Positions 56,709-64,000 of a DNA stretch of 64,000 nt are shown here, in pieces. Each line of letters starts with the position of its first letter. Within the stretch, counting starts at the first letter, position 1. The notes below the pieces were generated by a model that ran no database searches, was not told the DNA's origin, and saw only the letters and a list, made by a program, of their open reading frames with translations. Source of the stretch: an uncultured virus (IMG/VR IMGVR_UViG_3300033153_006255) (lineage: Duplodnaviria > Heunggongvirae > Uroviricota > Caudoviricetes); IMG/VR virus record IMGVR_UViG_3300033153_006255; one strand, written 5' to 3'. A program made the translations under genes and the position numbers.

Positions 56709-57269
56709 TTATACTCCAATGTCCAGCATAACCCTACCAACTCTTATACCATGCGAAGAAAAAGTATCTTTAATATAATCATTGGTTATTTTGATAGCTT
56801 TACGCTCTTCTGATTGCTGCGTGTGTCCAGTACGCCATCTGAAAAAAGGTCTACCTGGAATCTGTGCACCATTATTAACAGTTAAATAGTCACCGCGAGG
56901 TCTATTGTGTATATCGTACATCGTTTTCGCATGTGATGTGACAGCAATAATCTCTAGTGTTGCCTTACCCTTAAAAACATTTCCTATAAAGTAGTTATAA
57001 TTTGCTTTAATATCACTTAATGGAGTTCCATCTTTACGCTTATATGTCCCGCTTTCAGGCGTGTGTAATAACTTGTGAATACCCCATCTTCTTTCTGTTT
57101 CTCTAGCGTGACCAACCCATCTCGGTCCACTCTTATCCATAGCTTCCTGCGCAGACTCCAACAACATCACTCCAATGCTCCTTAACCAATCATCAACCTT
57201 ATTAGCTACGGCACTGTTAGCTCGCATAAGTCTGGGTAAATCACTTTTTACTAATCTTACATCAATCAT
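56709..57269 (-). CDS. Virion morphogenesis / tail completion protein (Mu gpG-like)
   Basis: Position; IHN...IPGRPF. Confidence 0.6.
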   Translation of the reverse strand: MIDVRLVKSDLPRLMRANSAVANKVDDWLRSIGVMLLESAQEAMDKSGPRWVGHARETERRWGIHKLLHTPESGTYKRKDGTPLSDIKANYNYFIGNVFKGKATLEIIAVTSHAKTMYDIHNRPRGDYLTVNNGAQIPGRPFFRWRTGHTQQSEERKAIKITNDYIKDTFSSHGIRVGRVMLDIGV

Positions 57270-57726
57270 TTTTGTATGGGTCTACTGTCCATGAACGTGG
57301 GTCACCCTCACTAAATATTGGATAAAAATCTTCTGTTGATGAAAGTATACCACGACCAGATTTTCTAGATATTTTATTTCCGCTAGAATCTAATAATAAA
57401 ATTATACCTTTCTGAATATCTTTTAACAAATCATATGCATAATTTTTAAATGAACTCATCCAAGCATCATTATCTGTTGTTCTTGATTGAACATATAGCA
57501 TTTGCAATACATAATACGATGCTAAGTGAGTAGAAATACTTCTAACAATTGGTGGTGTTGAAGAAAACGGTACATTATATAATTGATATAATCTAGCATC
57601 TATATAATCATCAGCTCTCGCTATGAAGTAATCTACATCAGTATCACTGGTTACGGCATCAGTAACTTTTTTTAATAGTTTTCTAACGTCGTCATCTGCT
57701 GAACAGTACGAATATGTTCTTGCCAT
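57262..57726 (-). CDS. Head-tail adaptor (Mu gp36/DUF1320-like)
   Basis: YCS..D...A...ID..L...Y.VP...P...A...L..I..G...L. Confidence 0.75.
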   Translation of the reverse strand: MARTYSYCSADDDVRKLLKKVTDAVTSDTDVDYFIARADDYIDARLYQLYNVPFSSTPPIVRSISTHLASYYVLQMLYVQSRTTDNDAWMSSFKNYAYDLLKDIQKGIILLLDSSGNKISRKSGRGILSSTEDFYPIFSEGDPRSWTVDPYKND

Positions 57727-57729
57727 TTT

Positions 57730-58077
57730 TTACACCTTGCGTTCTTTACCTTTATGAAGACATGTATGCCAAACGGAAAACGTTGCATAACATCTATCAG
57801 GATGTGTCCATACATTCTTAAATGGACACACCCCGTTTTTATTACACATTCTTATTTTCTTTTTCTTTTCTCGGCCCTTCTTGCCGCCCTTACTTTCCTC
57901 GATATCTTTGCTTTTGGCATTTTCGTCTCCTATTTCTGTTGTTGGCGCCACAATAAATTGGTTATTTGTGACTACCATATTTTCTACATTATCTCTAATG
58001 TGTTCTGGTATCTTCATTGACGTATGCTCCATGTATATACTCCACCGTGTCCCCATGCAAAATCCCATGGTTGACAA
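57730..58077 (-). CDS. Hypothetical protein
   Basis: ORF; true start probably near 58017. Confidence 0.45.
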   Translation of the reverse strand: MSTMGFCMGTRWSIYMEHTSMKIPEHIRDNVENMVVTNNQFIVAPTTEIGDENAKSKDIEESKGGKKGREKKKKIRMCNKNGVCPFKNVWTHPDRCYATFSVWHTCLHKGKERKV

Positions 58078-59042
58078 CCTAATTTTCTAAGTGCTTCTGC
58101 TATACCATGTTTCTTTTGCCAATCTGCGTATATCATCATCATGCCCCCGCCACCGGCACCAGTAACCTTAAGTCCTTCAGCACCATGTTCAAGCGCAACA
58201 TTTTCCATTGCCTCTATGACATCATTAGTAACTTTTCCAGATAATTTCTTCTTATAATCCCACTCTAACGATAATAGCTGCCCAAAATTACTTAAATCCT
58301 CTGTTAGTAAAGCTTCTTTTGCTGCTATAGCCATTCCCTTAATATGTTTTATGTACTCTACATTCCGTGTAGTCTTTTTTTCTTGGTCTTCAATCAAATC
58401 AGATGATATGTGCGTTAACCCAGTATACACCAACAACATATTATGCTGTAATTCTCTACGTACCCATTCTCTAATACGTAATGGATTGACTATAACAGAA
58501 CCATCAGTATGAAACTCCATAAAATTAAAACCGCCAAATACCGCGGCATATTGGTCTTGAGAACCACCAGCCATAGCTAAATCTCTACGTTCTATTTCCC
58601 ATGCCAAACGTGCCATATTGTAGTCGTTAAGATGTAAATCAAGCCATTCTCTAAATAGACCCAATATAGCTACCACTACGGTAGATGATGTACCAAGTCC
58701 AGCACCAGGAGGTGCATCAGACGATACTACAATGTCAAATCCGGATATTGCTTCAGGATGAAATCCATGTATCCTGTTAATAACAGCTTTTATTAAATCC
58801 AGATTACCATCATAAGGCATTTTCTTATCTGCCCTACCATTTACTATGATGTTATAATCATGTGAAGTTATGCTTATTTTTCCATCCGTACGTGGTATAA
58901 GCGAAGCATATACATATTTATTTATTGTAGCATTTAATACAAAGCCGCCATGTTCTCTTACAAAGCTATCTAGGTCACTTGACCCACCAGCAATACCTAA
59001 TCTTAATGGCGCAACTGAGCGTATTTTGTGATTTATCATCAC
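58014..59042 (-). CDS. GHMP sugar kinase (HddA-like heptose-7-phosphate kinase)
   Basis: APLRLGIAGGSSD, PPGAGLGTSS, GGSQDQYAAVFGGFNF.EF, GAGGGG. Confidence 0.85.
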   Translation of the reverse strand: MMINHKIRSVAPLRLGIAGGSSDLDSFVREHGGFVLNATINKYVYASLIPRTDGKISITSHDYNIIVNGRADKKMPYDGNLDLIKAVINRIHGFHPEAISGFDIVVSSDAPPGAGLGTSSTVVVAILGLFREWLDLHLNDYNMARLAWEIERRDLAMAGGSQDQYAAVFGGFNFMEFHTDGSVIVNPLRIREWVRRELQHNMLLVYTGLTHISSDLIEDQEKKTTRNVEYIKHIKGMAIAAKEALLTEDLSNFGQLLSLEWDYKKKLSGKVTNDVIEAMENVALEHGAEGLKVTGAGGGGMMMIYADWQKKHGIAEALRKLGCQPWDFAWGHGGVYTWSIRQ

Positions 59043-59629
59043 TTCTCCCTAAAGAGCCTACTCTTTTTAGCAAATTTTAACCCTTCGTGCGTGCCTATAT
59101 CAAGATACTTTTTTTCAGAAAAGTAGTCATTGGTTTCTATACACTTTAATCTTTCGTCAAGATTAAATTCAGCAGGTCTATCTAAATATTTAAAAATCTT
59201 ATTAGAAAAAATATATATACCAGCCGGTCTTATTTTCCCATCTAACTTTGATTTGGCAGTAACTATAGTAGCTATACCCTTATGTGCTTTGCCGATTTTA
59301 GTTAAGTCTTCATCTATAAATGTATCCCCATTTATAACTGCAAATTTTCTATTAGTCTTAAAGAATGGTTCTGCTATTCGTAATGCGCCACCTGTACCCA
59401 GAGGCGCTATTTCATCTATAAACTCCACAACTATATTATTTTCTTTACACCAGTTCCTTATTGCATTTCTCTGGTACCCTATAGAAAGTACAACATCATG
59501 ATTCTTTAACCATTTTAACAGGTAATATAACAATGGCTTACCATGTATAGGCACCATTGATTTTGGCATATACTTCGTTAATGGTAATAATCTTGTTCCC
59601 GTTCCACCACAAAGCAATAATACTCTCAT
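59039..59629 (-). CDS. Sugar-phosphate nucleotidyltransferase (HddC-like)
   Basis: LCGGTGTRLLPLT...PK.M, PLGTGGA, NGDT, DIGT. Confidence 0.85.
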   Translation of the reverse strand: MRVLLLCGGTGTRLLPLTKYMPKSMVPIHGKPLLYYLLKWLKNHDVVLSIGYQRNAIRNWCKENNIVVEFIDEIAPLGTGGALRIAEPFFKTNRKFAVINGDTFIDEDLTKIGKAHKGIATIVTAKSKLDGKIRPAGIYIFSNKIFKYLDRPAEFNLDERLKCIETNDYFSEKKYLDIGTHEGLKFAKKSRLFREK

Positions 59630-59633
59630 TTCA

Positions 59634-59924
59634 TCACCCCGCCATTAAATATCTTCCCCATAGACCAATTGCAATACCCAATATAATTACTGCTATGACT
59701 AACCTCTCAAGCGTATTTACTCTGCTCTTAAGGGTTTTAACATCACTAAGATTGCGTAATATATCACCAAGACTCTCTTTTAGTTCATCAAATTTTTTAT
59801 AATAGTCTTTAGCTCTTTCTTGAGACGCAATATCATGTGCACGCCACCTTTCATCAAATTGAGTTTTTAATATTGAAAAATCCTCTTTTAATTTGTTGTA
59901 TAATTGTAGAATTTCACCATTCAT
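59634..59924 (-). CDS. Coiled-coil protein with C-terminal TM helix
   Basis: 96 aa; hydrophobic C-terminus. Confidence 0.6.
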   Translation of the reverse strand: MNGEILQLYNKLKEDFSILKTQFDERWRAHDIASQERAKDYYKKFDELKESLGDILRNLSDVKTLKSRVNTLERLVIAVIILGIAIGLWGRYLMAG

Positions 59925-59936
59925 AACATCCTCTTC

Positions 59937-60389
59937 TTATAGTAATAGTAGTGGTAACGTTAAGGCTATTATAGAGCCTCTTCCAGTCTCTTCGACTACA
60001 TCATTTTTAAATAATTCACACCAAATCCCCATAAAAATAGCCATTATTATAGCCCTAAATACAATCATATACCAATGAATACACATAACATATGGTATAT
60101 ATGCAAGACCTATCATAAGTCCATGCATATAAAAGTTGTCGTGTTTAAATATCCTATCCCAATATGTGGTAAGTGCTCCGAAACACAAAAGAAAGCTTAC
60201 AGCATGTATCCATAAAGGGGCAAATATATAGAATGACATAATAGTCATAGCAATCAGTGGACAACCAAGGTCCCTTGTTTTGGTATTCTTTAATATATCA
60301 TACCAGCTACCATTTTTAGCAGAACCACCTAATCTATATAGTGTGGCACTTGTAATTGTTGCTAATAATATTGCAGTTATCATTATCAT
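59937..60389 (-). CDS. Multi-pass membrane protein
   Basis: Several hydrophobic segments. Confidence 0.65.
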   Translation of the reverse strand: MIMITAILLATITSATLYRLGGSAKNGSWYDILKNTKTRDLGCPLIAMTIMSFYIFAPLWIHAVSFLLCFGALTTYWDRIFKHDNFYMHGLMIGLAYIPYVMCIHWYMIVFRAIIMAIFMGIWCELFKNDVVEETGRGSIIALTLPLLLL

Positions 60390-60685
60390 AGTTTTCTCCT
60401 GTAACAGTAAACTTCGTATTTCTCGCTAAACTTACTATATAACTCGTGCGATATTATTTTGTTAATAGCTTTAACATCTAATTCAAAACCACTTTCTCGA
60501 AACTCTTTTCTCCACATCATTGGGGTATAGCAATCTTTTTTAATATACATAATTATTAATTCCCCAACAGGAACTATTTTTTTAATTTCAGATGGTTGTC
60601 TTAAATATATACCCTCTAAAATATACGACGTAACTATACCGCAATTAGAAATAATGGTATTCAAAAGGCTCATCTGTTCTCCCAT
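60386..60685 (-). CDS. Hypothetical protein
   Basis: 99 aa ORF. Confidence 0.4.
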   Translation of the reverse strand: MGEQMSLLNTIISNCGIVTSYILEGIYLRQPSEIKKIVPVGELIIMYIKKDCYTPMMWRKEFRESGFELDVKAINKIISHELYSKFSEKYEVYCYRRKL

Positions 60686-60938
60686 TAAATTCCCTTAAAT
60701 GAAAATGGAAATGGTCTGGAATTGTTCTCATGTTAAAATCAAACGTGTGTGTTTTCATATTGAATAGCTTTCGTGCTTTATTTAACATGTGTTCCAATTC
60801 ATTTTTAATTGGTTTTCTGTGCGCTTTTAATACTACCATTGGACTATGACACGTTTTACATTCACATATCCAACATATATCATCTTCGTAATACCAAGTA
60901 GTTAATTTCTCCCTATCACATAACTGACATTTCCTCAT
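60645..60938 (-). CDS. HIT-like protein
   Basis: CQLC N-terminus; IPDHFHFH. Confidence 0.65.
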   Translation of the reverse strand: MRKCQLCDREKLTTWYYEDDICWICECKTCHSPMVVLKAHRKPIKNELEHMLNKARKLFNMKTHTFDFNMRTIPDHFHFHLREFNGRTDEPFEYHYF

Positions 60939-61207
60939 GCAAAGTAGTCTCCAGTATGCCTATCTTTCAACTCACCCAATTTGGATTTATTCCAGTTATG
61001 AACATTAGAATAGTAACCAACGATTCGTGTCATCTGTACCACATCTTGAGCACCAATATGCTTGATTAGTTCTTTTGAGAGCGGTCCTTTAGTAGTATCA
61101 ACCTCTACAATCCTTTCATTCTTTAACTTTATAAGAATTTTTTTTTCTTCTTGTTTCCATAACCATCCCTTATCGACACATGCACCAATAAAGTCTTCTT
61201 TTGTCAT
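60935..61207 (-). CDS. Small protein resembling the NrdD C-terminal glycyl-radical segment
   Basis: TRIVGYYS.V.NWNKSK..E.KDR. Confidence 0.7.
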   Translation of the reverse strand: MTKEDFIGACVDKGWLWKQEEKKILIKLKNERIVEVDTTKGPLSKELIKHIGAQDVVQMTRIVGYYSNVHNWNKSKLGELKDRHTGDYFA

Positions 61208-61788
61208 TTTTTACATATTCCCATACTTTTATTGTGGTCAAAATAGATTACATCTACTTGACTAAAAACCCTCTTCAAAAGTATCTTATATTCTTTCATA
61301 CTATATTCACGCATGTGCCACTTAGCCGGTCCTTCGTGCTCTTTCTTGATTGGAGTAGTACCGACAAATATGCCATCATCTTTCATCACACGCTTTATCT
61401 CTTGTAATAGCAACATGTCATCCTCTACATGCTCTATTACTTCATGACACACAACTACGTCGTATTTTTTGTCTTCTTTTTGAATAAGCGGAAAAAACTC
61501 AACAAACCACTCCACGTTACCTTTATCGTAATACCTTTTCGCAAAATCGATTGCATCTTCTGTTTTATCAATCCCATGTACTCCCCACGCTTTCTTTGCT
61601 AGTATTGCGGAACCATAACCGCTACCACAACCGAGGTCTAGCACTAATTTATTCTCTGAAAATAGATTAGCAAAGTCATATCTCTTAACGTGCATATTAT
61701 CGTGGTCTTCTGTATTTAATGGTACTCCACGCTCACCGCGCCATTTATGCTCTGCCGCAACGCGCTGTTCTTTGGTTATTCTAATCAT
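61204..61788 (-). CDS. Class I SAM-dependent methyltransferase
   Basis: H..RY.FA, VLDLGCGSGYG, YDVVVCHEVIEH, HMREY. Confidence 0.88.
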   Translation of the reverse strand: MIRITKEQRVAAEHKWRGERGVPLNTEDHDNMHVKRYDFANLFSENKLVLDLGCGSGYGSAILAKKAWGVHGIDKTEDAIDFAKRYYDKGNVEWFVEFFPLIQKEDKKYDVVVCHEVIEHVEDDMLLLQEIKRVMKDDGIFVGTTPIKKEHEGPAKWHMREYSMKEYKILLKRVFSQVDVIYFDHNKSMGICKK

Positions 61789-62579
61789 TTAGCATCCCCC
61801 ATTTCATTGATAAGCCTTATTATATTATCAGCTGCTCCAAAACTATCGTATAGATAATCAGTAATAGTTTCATCTTGCTCAAACTCATTTAATATTTCAG
61901 TATATGAATAGCAGATTTTAATCTTCTTTGTAAGCTCCCTAAAATGCTTCTCTCTTACAAATAGATTCATATTTGTATCAAAACAAATAACTTTCTTATC
62001 CATTAATAATGCGTGTAAGGCAATGGTTGAAGCACCGGTTATTACAATCTCACATTCTCTTAAGCACTCTACAATGTCCTGTTTTTCATTTGAGACACCT
62101 GGATGACGTTTAACACTAACAATAACATTTCTGTCTTTTAAGAAATTAGTTATCTTCGAAATAAGTATTTCACTATTCATTTCAGATTTTCCATAAGCAG
62201 GCAGTGCTATTAGCACTCTTCGCTTATGTGTTTCGAATCTTGGACAACCGGTAATAACTATCTTTTCTTTTGTCCATCCAGCCTTAATAAAATCTTCTTT
62301 CATATTCTTGCCCCAGACTGCTACCCTATCTACATAATTTCCCTTTATGTATTTCCAATTATTTAACCCCTCTACCACAAATAAAGATTTACTTCCGAAA
62401 TGGCTTATTATATTTTTGTTTATATCCTCATGGGCAGCAGCAGTAACTATTAAATCTGGCTTTTCAAATTTAGTTATGTCATCAAACTTCGTAAATAGGA
62501 TTCTCTCTTCCATCTTCGGGTAGATAAATTTAAACAATCTCTCAGCCAACTCAGTAGTAATTAAAAACATGCATTTCAT
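61785..62579 (-). CDS. Surface-glycan biosynthesis GT-B-like protein
   Basis: AVWG...I.ITG.PRF, VKRHP, ST.AL.ALL..K.V. Confidence 0.65.
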   Translation of the reverse strand: MKCMFLITTELAERLFKFIYPKMEERILFTKFDDITKFEKPDLIVTAAAHEDINKNIISHFGSKSLFVVEGLNNWKYIKGNYVDRVAVWGKNMKEDFIKAGWTKEKIVITGCPRFETHKRRVLIALPAYGKSEMNSEILISKITNFLKDRNVIVSVKRHPGVSNEKQDIVECLRECEIVITGASTIALHALLMDKKVICFDTNMNLFVREKHFRELTKKIKICYSYTEILNEFEQDETITDYLYDSFGAADNIIRLINEMGDAK

Positions 62580-63187
62580 TTATCTGTCACCTTATAGCAA
62601 TAAACTTTCCAGCAATATGACTTAACCAGATATGTACTATTAAACTTTTCAATCAGATTATCTTGTTTTACGAAAAACTCTCCAAATTTACTATTCCACC
62701 AAGGCCTATCTTTTAACGTAACTGCAGATATGTCATTTTCATGCCCATCACTACTTATCGTTGCAAATAAATATCCGCCAGGTTTTAAAACTCGCCTGAT
62801 GTTAGATAATAATCTATCAACATCTCCTATATGTTCAAGTGTTTCAAAAGAGACCACAGCATCTACAGAGTTGTCATCAAAAAGCATTTCCTTGCTAATG
62901 TCTCCACGCTTATGGTAGTCTTTAGCGTACGAGTTCTCTTTACACCATTTTGATATATCCTGCCCCCACGCAAGAACTCCACGCTTTCTTAACCAATAAA
63001 CTAAGTTATTTCTAGCACACCCCAGGTCAATTACTACTTTATTGTCCAACTTTAATATATCAAAGAGCATATTAGCTTGGTGAGTAAAAACATCATTACC
63101 GAGACGAAAACTACTTTTTAAATATCCTGATTTTCTATTGCTATTGCTGCCTTCAAAGTAATCCCTATCAAAATATTCACTGCCCAT
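62576..63187 (-). CDS. Class I SAM-dependent methyltransferase
   Basis: VIDLGCA, DAVVSFETLEH, RVLKPGG. Confidence 0.88.
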   Translation of the reverse strand: MGSEYFDRDYFEGSNSNRKSGYLKSSFRLGNDVFTHQANMLFDILKLDNKVVIDLGCARNNLVYWLRKRGVLAWGQDISKWCKENSYAKDYHKRGDISKEMLFDDNSVDAVVSFETLEHIGDVDRLLSNIRRVLKPGGYLFATISSDGHENDISAVTLKDRPWWNSKFGEFFVKQDNLIEKFNSTYLVKSYCWKVYCYKVTDK

Positions 63188-63199
63188 AAAATATGCTCC

Positions 63200-63847
63200 T
63201 TATTTTATACAGATATAACCTTCAAACATGAAATATTTATAAAATTTTTCTATATTACTAAACCCAGCGTTTTTTAGCATTTTAAGATTTACATCACTTC
63301 TATTCGGTCTAAGAATGCTCCTTAAGTCTTTTTCTTTATCCAAGATTTCTTTTTCTGTAAACTCGGACTTCTTAAAATCATAGTATGTAAATGTGAATAT
63401 ATCTTGCGTAATAGCGCTATCTGCATAAGTTTTCTCAGCTACTATAAACGCTCCACCAACGCATAGCTTATTATATACTTCGTTTATTATGTCCTGCCGT
63501 ATGCCCCTGTCTAAAAATTGCAACGTAAATATTGAAAATACTAAACACGATGACTCTAAAGTTATTCCCTTGTTCAGGTCATGCAACAAAAATGTTATAT
63601 CCTTAGAATGCTCCTCTGGAAGTATGTTAGCACTATTATCTATACCAATCTTTTTTATATTAGGATATAATTTAGATAACTCAAATAGTAGGGTGGCGGT
63701 AGAGCAACCTAAATCATACACACTGTATTTATTCACTATAAAATACTTAGACAATCTTACTAAACTATTAAGGAGAATATCATAATTTGGTATAGATTTA
63801 CTTATGTGCTCATTGAAATTATCAATAGTATTGAAATCAAATTTCAT
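63200..63847 (-). CDS. CmoA-like SAM-dependent (carboxy)methyltransferase
   Basis: F..HI.KSIPNY, VYDLGCS, GIDNS, FTLQFL, AEK. Confidence 0.75.
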   Translation of the reverse strand: MKFDFNTIDNFNEHISKSIPNYDILLNSLVRLSKYFIVNKYSVYDLGCSTATLLFELSKLYPNIKKIGIDNSANILPEEHSKDITFLLHDLNKGITLESSCLVFSIFTLQFLDRGIRQDIINEVYNKLCVGGAFIVAEKTYADSAITQDIFTFTYYDFKKSEFTEKEILDKEKDLRSILRPNRSDVNLKMLKNAGFSNIEKFYKYFMFEGYICIK

Positions 63848-63849
63848 TG

Positions 63850-64000
63850 CTATACAGTCTCTAATCTTCTGTTTACTCTTCTACCAGCTTGATGTTGTAA
63901 GATTACCGGGTCGTCTACTTTTATATGAGGTATATCCCCGCCTGGAAGTGTTGTTATGTAATGATATTCAATCGGTAACCTAAAAACACTTATGCCATTA
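63850..64000 (-). CDS. 3' end of a probable glycosyltransferase-like gene (partial)
   Basis: Translates ...LPIEYHYI...DPVILQHQAGRR...; glycan-cluster context. Confidence 0.4.
   Translation of the reverse strand, partial: NGISVFRLPIEYHYITTLPGGDIPHIKVDDPVILQHQAGRRVNRRLETV

Noticed and set aside
177..63785. Many ORF-track entries antisense to clear genes (e.g. 177-482, 928-1269, 4547-5067, 14396-14755, 25231-25605, 44743-45753, 52744-53577, 59130-59501)
   Set aside because: Shadow ORFs opposite well-supported genes, with no recognisable motifs

Overview
The window is almost entirely a tailed dsDNA bacteriophage genome (siphovirus-like tail, Mu-like head genes), apparently cut inside its late operon. 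Minus-strand late genes lie at both ends. At 1-11.7 kb: intein-containing terminase, portal, protease/scaffold, cement, major capsid and a fibre-like gene. At 43.7-64 kb: a glycan/methyltransferase cluster, neck, tail tube, frameshifted chaperone, tape measure, tail tip and holin-like genes. Plus-strand early/middle genes run from about 12 to 43.7 kb. The most striking feature is in the early region. It holds a complete ubiquitin-like conjugation set (Ubl ending GG-SN, E2-like protein, JAB peptidase split by a group I intron, ThiF/E1). These genes sit among 22 small, otherwise dissimilar proteins that all carry a C-terminal N-x-W-(K/T)-G-x-x-(K/R) tag. The same region has three type II hammerhead ribozymes and several other structured intergenic RNAs. 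Protein family calls come from motifs recognised by eye, not from database searches. The host cannot be determined from the sequence.
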